DNA from: Callorhinchus milii
Taxonomy: Eukaryota
NCBI RefSeq assembly: GCF_018977255.1
Contig: NW_024704742.1
Location: 44,518,001 to 44,582,000 of the forward strand
Length of the DNA: 64,000 nucleotides
Direction: 5' to 3'
Positions 51,024 through 63,524 of the stretch are shown here, one piece after another. Position 1 is the stretch's first letter; every line of letters begins with the position of its first letter. The notes below the pieces were generated by a model. That model had not been told where the DNA came from and ran no database searches. It saw only the letters and a program-made list of their open reading frames with translations. The translations under genes were made by a program, and so were the position numbers.

Positions 51024-51351
51024 TAATAATAATAATAATAATAATCCTTGCATTTGATATAGCGCTTTTCACGTCGGGAGGACGTCCCAAAGCGCTTCAC
51101 AGAACACATTGTAAAGTGAATTGACTGTATATTTGTGGGCGAACGCGGCAGCCAATTGCGCACAGCAATGTCCCACAAACAGTCGTAGATTGAAAATGAC
51201 CAATTTATTATTGTTTTGGGTTTTGGAGGGATTATTATTAGGCTCTGTGTGGAGTAAGGAAACTTGCCCAAGGTTTCGCCCTCTGCCTGGAATTGAACTC
51301 AGGTCTCTCGCTTGCAAAGCGAGTGCTCTAACCACTGAGCTACAGGACTCC
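51024..51351 (-). mobile_element. Full-length young tRNA-Ala-like SINE
   Basis: Minus strand GGAGTCCTGTAGCTCAGTGGTTAGAGCACTCGCTTTGCAAGCGAGAGACCTGAGTTCAATTCC (A box, TGC anticodon arm, B box); many CpGs intact; long (ATT)n tail. Confidence 0.93.
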
Positions 51352-51356
51352 ACATA

Positions 51357-51404
51357 CAGCCGGTCACACACACACACACAGCCGGTCACACACACACAGC
51401 CGGT

Positions 51405-51432
<28 letters not shown>
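51357..51432. repeat. Compound repeat [cagccggt(ca)n] x3
   Basis: cagccggtca at 51357, 51379 and 51397, each followed by (CA)n. Confidence 0.95.
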
Positions 51433-51436
<4 letters not shown>

Positions 51437-51704
51437 CACAGTATCTTGACAGAATGGGAAAATAAAACATGAAAGACATATGTGGGATGATAATAAATCA
51501 ATTGGAAGATTTATTTGATATTACATTTCTTTAGTGACTGTTCATCTTTCAAGATGATTTTCTTTGCCACCTGATATTGGTCGTTAGCAATAAACAACCC
51601 ATGTTTTCATATTGTTTGAGTTATCAAAAACTCACAGAAGTTTTTAGGAAGATAATAATGATAAATAGTTGCATTTGATATAGTGCCTTATCATAAATAA
51701 TAGG

Positions 51705-52140
51705 CTCCATGATTCCATCACCCACATCCTTGTTTGGCTTCATTGGCTTCCCATCCTCCAATGAATACTGTTCAAGATCCTCATTCTAACTTATAAATCC
51801 ATCTTGCTCCCTTCATCTCTGTGATCTCCTCAAACTCTACAAAATCTGTCCGCTCCTTCCGGTCCTTCCACTCATTGATATGCTTAGGCTTTCTCTGATT
51901 ATCTGCCCCCACTCTCTGGAACCGCAAGCCCTTCGACTCTCCACTTTGCTCACCTCCTTCAAGGTCTATCTCAAGACTTTCCTCTTTAGCCGCACTTTTG
52001 GTCAACAACCTGCCCTCTCACCCCCATTCCCCTTGCCTTCAGACCCCATACCCCCATCTTGGGTGGAAATCTTGGACTGTCAAATGCCTTGTGACGTCCT
52101 CCAGACAAGAAAGACTCTATATAAACGTAAATTTGTCATT
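51705..52140 (+). mobile_element. L2 3' fragment
   Basis: cttcattggcttccc (LHWLP), FKVYLKTFLF in ORF 51880..52161, L2 tail. Confidence 0.8.
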
Positions 52141-52179
52141 TGTATCAGCTTAAATCCATAATTGGTTTGTCATGTCCTC

Positions 52180-52500
52180 CCATAGAACCATAGATATTTA
52201 CAGCACAGAAGAAGGCTATTTGGCCTATGATGTCTGTCCTGGCTCTTTTAAAGAGAAAATCTTTCACCTGGATGTGAAGACGCAATATAATTTACATTAT
52301 TACTATTATGTTATCAAAACTTCTTAAAGCATTTCACAGGAATTAATGTAAGTTGCAGTGACTATTGTAAATGAATGAGATGGCCGATTTGCACACAGCA
52401 ATGTTCCACAAACAGCCATGAGGTGATTGACCCATTTTAATGTCTCATCTAAAATGACAGCACATCCGGCAATGAAGTGAGAGTGCTACCAATTGAGACA
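52180..52500 (-). mobile_element. CR1 tail (52180-52255) plus internally deleted Deu SINE (52270-52500)
   Basis: catagaaccatagatatttacagcacagaa; ttgcacacagcaatgttccacaaacagcc; gagtgctaccaattgagac. Confidence 0.7.
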
Positions 52501-52816
52501 GGTAAGATATGGGGAAAATATATTATAAGGTGCCCCATTATGAAATGTTTTGAGATATTTTGATACCACACGCACTATATCAACTATAAGGATTATTATT
52601 GCTTTGCTATGCTTACAAAATTGGGTCAAGAATGCAGTTTGACATATGTGACCAAACTCCTGAAATACGTAATACACAATATTTATCCATGTAATGTTTA
52701 GACATGAAAATTAGAGCTGAGGATGAGACAATTTTTTAAAGGTCCATCATTATGGTTACGCTTCAGGTGAAAAGCATCTGGGGTATCCAGAATAGTTTTG
52801 CCCCAAATCCATTTTG

Positions 52817-53210
52817 ACAACAACAAGTTGCATTTATATAACACTCTTCACACTGGTAGCATTTTGGAGTGTTGATACACTGGCAATAGTAGCGGAGCTT
52901 GACACCGAGCAAGAAAGAGAGGGGAGGTGACTGTAGGCAAGGTCAAAGAGGAAGGTGTTTAGATGTGATCTGAAGACAAGCAAGGAGGGGGCAAGGCGAA
53001 AGGTTTGAGGTCGAGAGTTGCAGAGTATCAGAGTGTATTGGCTGAAAGCACGGCTGCCGATAGTGAAGGAGAGGGAATTAGGGAGCAGAGTTAGCTGAGT
53101 GAAGGTGGAAAGCAGTAGAGTGCAAGCAGATCGGAGAGGTAGGGAGGTGTTAGGGTATGGATTGATTTATAAATAAGTGTGAGGATTTTGAAATCAATCT
53201 GTTCTGAAGT
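52817..53210 (-). mobile_element. L2 3' fragment
   Basis: acaacaacaagttgcatttatata tail followed by purine-rich L2 ORF2 end. Confidence 0.75.
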
Positions 53211-53779
53211 AGAGCTTGTAGATTTCATGCTTTAAGGCTAAGTTAGTTAGAAGCTCCTCCGTTTTATCTTTAGTTGCCTGGTACTCAAGTACTCATAATA
53301 ATAGCCTACAGGGGAAAAATGTTGAATGTGATGTGATAATGAGCCATTCCTTTCTAGGAGATGTCCTAGAGATAACTGCTTCAGGAAATCCCCTCTCTAT
53401 CCTGTGAAATAGTTTGGCCCAAAAGCTGGTTTCTGTAGCTATTGATCTGGCCAGAGGTGACTTTGATCCTGATCCCAGGAGCTGTGTGAATTTTCTAAAA
53501 TTCGGCATTGTCTTAAATCTTAAGGCAATGGTCTTAAGGCTAAGTCCATGAGAGTTTGAGCTTCTAATGTTCTTTCTCTACTAGTATAAAAATAAAAAGC
53601 TATTCTATATTAAAAGGGAAAGTTAACTCCTTTAGTATTGTTTGTTAGTTACTTAGTTTGGGACCCTCTTCCTTATTTCTATGGTAGCCTGGCAGTAATT
53701 GTTTCAAGTTTCACCAGATTCCATTATAATCAATCTTTTTCCAATAAAATTCACATAAGTCTTATCTTTATAAAACGTA

Positions 53780-53937
53780 TAATAATAATAACCCTTGCAT
53801 TTGATATAGCGCTTTTCATGTCTTCTAAATGTCTCAAAGCGCTTCATAGGATATGCTGTAAAGTGAATTGACCGTATATTTGTGGGCGAAACGCGGCAGC
53901 CAAGGCGACCACTCTAACCACTGAGCTACAGGACTCC
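53780..53937 (-). mobile_element. Internally deleted tRNA-Ala-like SINE
   Basis: Tail half joined at ~53903 to the last ~30 bp of the head (ctctaaccactgagctacaggactcc). Confidence 0.85.
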
Positions 53938-55633
53938 CATAATTGCTTGAGTTTTACATGCACTTGAATCCCAATCAGCATACGATCAAAACCACTTAGA
54001 TTTCTTTGCATAAGTTGCATTTATCATCTCCTAACTCGTTACGCAGCTCTCATTACTCTTGTAGTTACCGGCTGCATTGAATTGCAGGAAATAACACCCA
54101 GACCCATCGACGGATGCGCACTTACTAACCAGATGCATTCAATCTCGGAAAATGTAGTCTTGACCCATTGCCTTATACGCAGAAGATTTTCATTTTCCAT
54201 GATTCAATGTTATTCCAATGCTTGCCAATAAATACGCATGAGGCAATGGATCAATTGCGGGAAACAGTCTTGGCCTGTCACCGCTTGCTCACTTCCCGGC
54301 TGCTCTGACAAAGTATGTATGTCAGATATTTATGCTCTGATAAAGACATGTATACTTACCGGCTGCTATTGACTTACTCATGCGCAGTGTAGATTATTGA
54401 TTAAATTGGGTTTTATCCAATTTATACTAGTTTGCCTGTATCTCGGACTTTGCATAAGTCATATAAAATGTTATGGTCCTGACTGATATGACTTATATAG
54501 TTTTACTCTATATGTATATTTAGATGTTATCTTTAGTCTGCAGACTAACTTTGTGATATGCCACCTCGAATCATAGAATTTATTAGCACAGAAGGAGGCA
54601 ATTCAGCCCTTTGAGTCAAATCAGCTCTCAAAGCAAGGTGTTCATTCAATCTTGCTGTGCTACCTTATCCTCGTTTTCCTTCAGGTCTCTATCCTTCGTT
54701 CACTTTGATTAAGAATTACAGTTAGGTGTGCATGGGTGCAATCTCCTCTAGCAAGTAATATCAAACAAAGTAACTGTCAGCCCATTAGACTTGTTAATCT
54801 TGTCCAAGGGAAGACTGGTAAAGAGGATAATTATAGATCAAAGTGGATAAATGGTGAGAAGAATCCCCATACATAAAAGGCTGGATCTTGTGAGAAAACC
54901 CCTATATTTTATAACACTGACCAACTTTAAAATGATGTACAGTTTACAGTGTGCCCAGAGATTGATTGCACTGATAAGAAAGAGTGAGCTATTTGAATGA
55001 CTGATAGCAGCTAATAAGAGTGGTTAAGAGCAGGATGTGTACTAGCACTTGTCTATGTAACAATGACAGTCCTGAAGGATGAGTGAACTTATAATGGCCA
55101 AATGTTTTCAAAGAAACAACCTGGTAGACCCAGCAATAGAGTGCCGGATGCCCAACAAGAGATTTGTGACGTTTGATTATCAGTCAGAGTCACTTCATCT
55201 TATTGGAAGAGTTTCACTAGTTTCACCCAGAGTGCTAGATGCAGCACTGAGCGGATGCCTCTCAGGAGAGGAAAATTGCCAGGAACCATCCTTTCTCTAG
55301 CAAAGCACATTTCCTGTCAACAGATCAAGGAATAGTTGTTGGAGGAATTGTTGGGCCAGATCTTCTAACTCTTGAAATGAGAGAGGAAATGAGGAATTGC
55401 AACCACAGATGGGAGCTCAATCTATATTCAAAAGGAAATGGGGAAAAATTTAAAGTGTTCCTTAACACATTCCTTAAATTAGCGCTGGTGTTACTCTAAA
55501 GCAATGGCTGGGTTTAGACTGAAACTAGTTGTGGAAGAAGTTAACTGATCTTCTTCCAGTACATAAGTTAACTGGGGCTACAGCTTTTGGTTAGTGAGGA
55601 GGAAATCAGCTGGTTTTCACTTCTGATCCTAAG

Positions 55634-56400
55634 ACAACAACACCAACAACAACAAAATTACATTTGTACAGCACCTTTCACATTGGGAGGACATCCCAAG
55701 GTGCTGGATAATCAGTGTTTTGGACCCAAGCTGGTGGTCGGGATCGGGGAGGATGGGGGTAGGGGGGAAGGAGGGTGACCGAAGGCACAGCTGAAGAGGA
55801 GGGTCTTGAGATGGGTCTTGAAGAAGGGGGTGAGGTGGAGAGACTGCGGGATGGAGTTCCAGACGGTGGTGACAGAGTGGCAGAAGGCCCACCCGCCAAT
55901 GGTGGGTGGGTGAGGCCGGGGACGTGAAGCCGGCCGAAACCCGCTGAGCGGAGGGAGCGAGCAGGTTGGTAGGGGGTTAGAAGGTCGCAGAGGTAGGGGG
56001 GAGTAAGGAGGTAATTGAAGGTGAGGACCAGGATCTTGAACTGTGTGATGGGAAGCCAGTGGAGTTGGGCAAGGATGGGGGTGATGGGATCGTGGAGCCT
56101 GGTGTGGGAGAGGACATGAGCTGTAGAGTTCTGGATGATCTGTAGCCTATGGAGGGAGGAGTTGGGAGGCCAACAAGCAGGGAGTTTGTGTAGTTGAGCA
56201 TGGATGTTATGAATGAGTGTCTGAGGGTTTCGGCGGCCTGCAATATGAGAGAGTGGCAGAGTCGAACGATGTTGCGGAGGAAGGCAGAACAGGATATGGC
56301 GTAGATGTGGGTTAGAAAGGATAGTTGGGTCAAACAAGACGCCAAGGTTCTGGACTGGTTTAGGAAGGTAGTGTGTGCATCCTTGGATGGTGACATAGGT
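55634..56400 (-). mobile_element. L2 3' portion
   Basis: ORF 55678..56460 contains VQNLGVLFD, LQIIQNS, ITPILAQLHWLP; (CAA)n tail. Confidence 0.92.
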
Positions 56401-58464
56401 ATGGAGAAGGTAGAATGTTAACTCAGTAATTTGATACCAAAGATGGGATGTTACATCCACAACCTTAAATTAAGGACAATGGTAAGGAATACTATGCACT
56501 TTACCCCACAGATTTTTTTTAAATTGTAGAAGACGAACATTTATGTGAGGAATATTTATGTATTGTGATTTTATAGCTGAAAGCTTAATGATTTGATTTT
56601 GTTATTAGCACATACCTAGAGCAGGCTTCTTAAATAAAAGTTCCTTCTGGAGAAATACAGAATTTTTTTAATGGAGTCAACAGTGGAGGCTGCCCAGAAA
56701 GGCCAGCATGCAAATGTGTTGATTTGGCATTAATAAGGACACTCCCCAAGGTGAGATAATTATGCTGTCAACCGTCCATAATAATCTCACCTCCGGAGCA
56801 TAAACAAATATAGGAAGCTTCCAGAGAGAGACTGAAAATAAATATAAGAGCAAAATATGCCAACAAATTGGAACTGGATGATCTCCAGGGACAAGGGGGA
56901 TGTATCGTATCCCAACATAAAATGAATATAATGAATATAATGATATTTGTGATATGGGGATATCTGTCACCTTTCTCCATCCACAGAGAGCACCATGACA
57001 TTAGATTCCATGTTCTAAGCACACAATCATGGTATAAAAATGCATAAAAACATATTCTGTGCTTTTCTCCCTTCTCTCCCCTTGACCCTACCTTTTGCAG
57101 AACAGCTAACCATCCTACTGCACAAGCTTGGTGGATAATAGAGGTCCAACAGTGATATTGACGCTGTGGTATCAGGAACTAGGCATTAGGGGCACAGCAC
57201 TTGCAGCACCAAAAGGTCAAAAATACATTGTGTTAGAAATTCAATTTTCTTTTGCATTCCTCATTTTAGTCCAACATTCACTAACTACCAATCGATGGGA
57301 TTTTCTTCTTCAGGCAAGTGGAATTGTTTTCCTTCCGGTTGCTTGATCAGCTTTTTTAAATTTGCGCTGCGTTCTTATGTTTATTCATTCTTCTCTTCCC
57401 CATTCTACCTGTCCTATTTTTATTGTTTTAAACTTCAATCTTATTTCACTTCTTCCCAATTTAACATATTCTATTTTCCGTAATCTTTTCTTCTTAAAAA
57501 AAGCTGAGTTCTTAGACTGACCGGAAGACTTTAGAGATTCAAATCTCTTACCTCTGAATACATTTGATATATGGTATACAAATCTATGCAAACCTAAAGG
57601 GCATTACAAATGTGGTTTCAAGCAAACTGATTACAGAAGTACCCAAATACTAAATTATATCATTCTAATCTTAGATATATGGAAACCACTTTATTCAAGA
57701 TTATGTAATAATTTATCAAATTAAACTCCCATGGGCTAGAAAATTGAGAGATATATTGGACCTGTCTGTAAAACATGCTTTGGTGTATTTCAAAATTCAA
57801 TATTTCTGATCTGGTAGACACTTTTATTGCTAAGTGATTAAAGTGTATTTATAGAACAGCATGAATAAATATGAAGAATATTGTGGTATGTTTTGATTGA
57901 ATGGCAAAGCAATTCTGTGAAACATAATACAGTATTTATATCACTATTATTATTGCATTCATGCACATTTACTGGAGAAATAAAAATCATTGCTGCATCT
58001 TCACTTTTACACTACCAAGGCTGTTTGGTCATATCCATTTTTCATTACACAAATAGGCTTTTGTATTCCACTGAATCTTAACAAAACAGGCAGCATGATC
58101 TTTTAACAAAGAATATTTTCTTGAAAAACTCACTAGATTTCATTATCATTCACATCAATGCCACTGGTAAAGTATGATGAGTTTTCATAGTCAACAATAA
58201 GTATAAAATTTCTTAAACAAAAGCTAGAACGATGAAAACTACCAATATAAAATGTCAAGAGGTTAGACATGACAATTAAATACTAGGCTCTGTAAGTATG
58301 CACTTGATTTAATGGTTTAATGCCTGCATGAGGATATGCAGTGATTTTAACACCACAGGAATAGTACTCTGACTCTTTCTTAGAGAATTCTTACAGTATT
58401 GTATGTAACACAGCTCATTGGAACTATGAGATAAAAGCTGAAATAAACAAAAGTGACATAATAG

Positions 58465-58623
58465 CTTTCAAAAGGGAACTGGATAGGTACTTAAAAAGGA
58501 AAAGTTTGCGGGGCTATGAGGTAAGAGCGGGGGAGTGGGACTAGTTGGTAGCTCTTTCAAAGAGTCGGCACAGGCATGATGGGCCAAATGGCCTCCTTCT
58601 GTGCTGTAAGATTCTATGTTTCT
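58465..58623 (+). mobile_element. CR1 3' UTR
   Basis: gctttcaaaagggaactggatagg..agtcggcacaggcatgatgggcc..gattctatgtttcta. Confidence 0.9.
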
Positions 58624-59010
58624 AAATCTGCAGCGTTTCAAAAAACTTGTGTTAATTAACACAAGGAATCTGCAAAAAGAATGCTGCAATGTATACCTCA
58701 TCAATGCAGAACACCTTATACCTTCATAAGATGTCAGATATCAGGTGTCATACATTTGAAATAAATTCCAAACTTGTGTGACAAATACTGGACTCTCAGC
58801 ATTGAAATTCAATGAGAAGAATATTATTGTACAACAGTTACTATTATTTTCAGTTATGTGTATGAAACGTATGTGAAAGTTCCTTATCATATTTTGCAAA
58901 CAACTGAAAGTTGGGCCAATTTGATACCACAGGAATGACCAGCAGTTTTCAGAACTAATCAGAACTATGCATTCTCTCTGTTGATGATGATGATTATTAT
59001 TATTATTAAA

Positions 59011-59601
59011 GGCATTCTCCATGCCTTTGTCACCTCTTGGCTGGACGACTCTAACGCCTTCCTCGCCGGTCTCCCATCCACTACCATCCATAAAATCCAA
59101 ATCATTCAAAACTCTGCCGCCCGCATTCTTACCCGCACGAAACTTCGATCCCCAATCACCCCAGTCCTTGCCAGACTGCACTGGCTCCCTATCCCAGAGA
59201 GGATTGACTTCAAGATCCTCACCCTTGTGTTCAAGTCCCTGCACTCCACTGCACCCCCCCCCTACCTCTCTGACCTCCTCTCTCCTCAAAACAGTACCCG
59301 TTGCCTTCATTCCTCCGTGTCTGGCCTTCTCTTCGTCCCCCGAGTCCTCCGCTCCACCCTCGGCGGCCGTACCTTCAGCCACTATGCCCCGAGGCTCTGG
59401 AACTCCCTTCCTCACTCCCTTCACCTTGCTCCCTCCCTTCCTATTTTCAGGTCTCTGCTGAAGACCTTTCTTTTTGACCGCACCTTTGGTCACCTCCCCC
59501 CCCTCCCCCTGGCTCAGTCCCAGGATGCGTTACTTTGAAGTGCTCTGAGACGCAGTCCGGCGTGGAGGGTGCTATATAAATCAAAGTTGTTGCTGTTGTT
59601 G
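59011..59601 (+). mobile_element. L2 3' portion, uninterrupted ORF2 C-terminus
   Basis: ORF 58981..59538 LHAFVTSWLD..QNSAARIL..LHWLP..RLWNSLP..LKTFLF; (GTT)n tail. Confidence 0.95.
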
Positions 59602-61327
59602 AGAGACATTTTCTCTATGGAAGGGCACCTCTTTCACAACCTTCATGTTGCTGGTAAGTTTGTCAAGGAGAAGTTTGGGAGCAGAGATATTGTATGGGTC
59701 TAAAGCTTCTTCTTGTACAAGGGATACGGTAGCAATTATTTGCAAGGATGCAATTTCCTTCCTCCTAATACCTTTAATCCTGGTATGGTCCATGCTGATT
59801 GATGCTACTTTCTCTTAGAACCAGTGCTCGCAGGTCTCTCTTTGATGTAGTCTCAGATGAGACTATAGCTTTCTCTGAGACAACCCCGGTTTTTCTCATG
59901 AATGTCAACCTTCCGGTTTGGGAAAAGCCTCAATTCTTTGAAGTTGTTTTGTCAGCCAGGAGTGTTAAAGGTGGTATACTGACTTTTAGAAAGGTGCAAT
60001 TGATAACTAAACTAGACTCTTTGCATGCAAATGTAAATGTTGCCATTCAGTCCCTATGGGATATATACTTACCGGAAAGGTAGCTACTTGCAGAAGCAAA
60101 ACACATCTTGGCACATGGTCCCATCTGAATGAACTCCAGTTATTTCAGGGGAAGTCAAATTACTTTTGAATGAAGATGCAAGTTAATAGCGGAAATAGGC
60201 AATGTTAGGGGGAAAGTAATAGATTATTAAAAGTTGTATTCCTAATGTTGAGGAGAATGTTGTATGTCATAAAATAGTTTCAAAGAGGAATGTCATACTC
60301 TTATTAATGCTTATGAACAAGGAAGATTAACAGGCTTTTGGTGTTTTGGGGTTTTATTTGGGTGCAGGAGAGTAATTGCATGGCAAGTCTTTGTCTGGCA
60401 ATAGATCAATGGGAGTGATTAATTAGCATCAGATTTTTAGAATCAAATGAATTAACCATCTTTGAGGAGTAGTATATTGAAAATGTTTGTGCCTCAGTGT
60501 TACACTTTTATCTTGAGAGCAAGGAACTATTTATTATTTTATTTATGTGAATTCCTGGAAACATTAACATAGAACTGTGCCAGATATATCTTCTGCATAA
60601 AAGAGGATGAACATTAGTCAATAAAATGAGTAGGGAATGATTTGCCAGGGTGCCCGTTAGAGCAAAAGCAGACTTGATTGGGGGCATTTGAAACAGAATT
60701 AGGAAAAACAGGTCAAGGAAGGGTACTTGGAAGTAAGGAAAGACTGAGGTTAGATTGTATTTTTTGCGAAACACGCACTGGTTTAAAAAAATGGTCTTAT
60801 TCTATGTTAATCTCTTTGATAATTTGATAATCAGTTTTTTTCTATATTCCATAATTCTTTTCCAGTAATACAATATGATCATGAACTCACAACTTCATTA
60901 CATGTAATAAGCATCCAATAGTTAAGCAAGTTGGATATGGATGCAAATTAAATCTTGTTATGAAAGTTTTAAGATAATGTGTATTTAACATTTATTTCAA
61001 ACTTTTCTGGAAGCAATATTATGCATATGTAAAGTAGAAATGCAGGCTGCAACCCATGGTTATATATCAATTGAATACAGTAAATGGGCAGTGGGTCAAC
61101 AGAGACAGCAAGATATTTCCATGATGCTGAAAGTCAGATTATTCATTGGCAGAAATAGAAACAACAGTATGTCCACCTTGTAACAAACCCCAAATTCTGG
61201 TACTTGAAGCAAAAATTAACCCTTTTGAAAACTACAAAATTAGGTCACTGTGTTTTTCAAACCACACTGAAGTCTTAATCACATTGTCTGAGTACTGAGT
61301 CACTCTCCTTCTCCCCACCTGATATGC

Positions 61328-61812
61328 AGAACAACAACAACTTGGATTTATATAGCTCCCTTCATGCAGGGTAGCGATCCTGAGTGCTTGACAGTGGCAG
61401 ACTCTAACATCGATCCAGGGTGAGAGAAAGGGGGAGGTGACTTTAGGCACTATTAAAAAGGAAGGTCTTTAAGTGGGATTTGAAAGTGGGGAGGGAGGGG
61501 GCAAAGTGGAGGGATTGAGGGAGAGAGTTTCAAAGTTTCGGAGCATAGTTGATAAAGGCACGGTCTCCGATGGTGGAGTGGAGGTATGAAGGCCAAACAG
61601 GAGGCTGGAGCCAGCCCAGAGGAGTGGGGGGTAAGGAAATCAGATAGGTAGGGAGGTGCGAGGGCATGAAGAGATTTGAAAATGAGTGAGTGGATCTTAA
61701 ATTGATCCATTCAGTAATTGGGAACCAGTGGAGCCTGGTAAGGACTGGTGTGATGAGGGTACGGTGTTTTGTGCAGGTGAGAATCTGGGCGGTGGGGTTC
61801 TGAATTAGTTGA
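61328..61812 (-). mobile_element. L2 3' portion
   Basis: ORF 61453..61710 FKSLHALAPPYLS; aacaacaacaacttggatttatatagc tail. Confidence 0.88.
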
Positions 61813-62909
61813 ATTTGAACAGGAGGCTACATGTATTTTCACGTCATTATAATTGCCAACTCATCACTGGCTTTGTCCTATCTATTATCCTTCTACATTT
61901 CAATTCATCACAATAATACCTATGATGGTTTGATAGAATTCTGTCTTTTCAATTTTCACGTAGAGATAGTAAAAAATCTTTTCCTTTTAGATAAAACTCT
62001 GAATCCTACCCATGTGGGTCATATACTTCCAGACAGCAACTGTCATTGACTGTCGGGATTTAACATTCTCTTTGCAACCTTTCATGCTCACATCGGATTT
62101 ATTCTACTTAAACACAGTTGTAGAAGATTTATAAAGATTCATACAACAGATATAAAAATGTCTCATTTCACTCTGCACAATGCCTGAAGTCATCTCAATA
62201 TAACTCACTTAATTAAATCCTTTCACACTGATTGATGTTTCCATCCCATGGAACCATTTGCCAACAATAGTCCTCCTGTCTTCAGGTCAGAGCCAACAGT
62301 ACAAGGAACACTGATATCACAAGGTGGTGTATTCATCAGTGCTTGTGCTAATAAAGCCATGAATCACAACTTTGCTGTTTTAACAAGCAATGATGGGGAC
62401 CTAAAACATAGCAATTTCAAACAGCATTCCTTGATTACGGAATCTGGTAATCAATTCAAGAGTGTTTTCTCTGAAATGATCTAATTTTGGAGCAAATTTC
62501 CTGCAAGTTATCATCATATACTTAAGTAAATCCCCACTTGGATTTCTTAAACTTTTGCTGACACATACACAGTTGTTACACTTTACAATCAATTCTATGA
62601 AGAGTTTTGAGGCATTCCAACATGCTGATATAGTACTCCATCAAATCAAGGATTGTTATAATTAAAAATCCTGTTTGAAACCTCTGCTTTAGACTCCAGT
62701 ACAACATATCCATTCAACATTCATACCAATCATATCACTTATCAGGATTCCACTGTGCTACAGTTGACATTTTTGCTAACTCCTCGCTGTGCACCACTAT
62801 TACACTACCTTTGTTAACCTTATTAAAGTGCGCAAAACAGATTCCAATGTTATTATTATGGTCATGAGCAAAATGCATTTTCTGGATTGAATATTTCTTG
62901 ATTTATGCC

Positions 62910-63165
62910 ATAAATTGTGTGCTGCATTTTGCCCACAAAATATATAGTCAATTCACTTTACAGTATATTGTGTGAAGCGCTTTTAGACATCTCAAAGAAT
63001 TGATAAGGTGCTGTATCAAATACAAGGATTATTATTTTTATAATTGAGTGATTGTTGGCCAGAATACAACTCCCTTCTCTTTTTGAATCTAGGGATGGAA
63101 CTTTACCGTTCACCTGCACAGGCAGATAGTAACTCAGGTTAATGTCTCATCCAAAGGATAACGGT
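62910..63165. mobile_element. SINE 3' end (+, 62910-63035) abutting a Deu core fragment (-, 63050-63165)
   Basis: tgtgaagcgcttttagacatc..caaggatttatt; cacctgcacaggcaga..aatgtctcatccaaag. Confidence 0.7.
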
Positions 63166-63524
63166 CTACTGTTGCCTGAAACTTTTACCATGTTGCTATG
63201 TTTTGCTTTAATAATAATTGAAATTAACTCCGGAGCATAAACAAATTGTAGAAATGCCTTATAAATATATGACTGGATACGATACACGCTTTTATCACTT
63301 TGGGATAACCAGGACAGAGGGAATTTGCTGAATTTTGTGGTAAATTTATGGAATTTCTATGTATCACAAATATCTAAAAACAATTACAAATATCAAAATC
63401 TACACACAGAACTGCAAGTTTGATTGCTGCAAGTGGCAGCAAGAGAGAGAAGAAATCAATTGTTTCCCAGTTTAATTGTAAGGATGGTCGCATTTCTTTA
63501 GATTTTGTAATTGTTTCCTCTGCA

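Noticed and set aside
51280..51351. tRNA-Ala(TGC) gene on the minus strand
   Set aside because: The anticodon arm and A/B boxes are present, but the acceptor stem does not pair and the sequence continues into a SINE body with several copies in the window.
54352..54362. U1 snRNA-like start ATACTTACC (also at ~60065)
   Set aside because: Similarity stops after 9 nt; more simply a minus-strand splice-donor-like word or part of the local repeat.
56708..56715. Octamer ATGCAAAT as an snRNA or Ig promoter
   Set aside because: No snRNA body, convincing PSE or V-segment follows; the 8-mer occurs several times in this AT-rich window.
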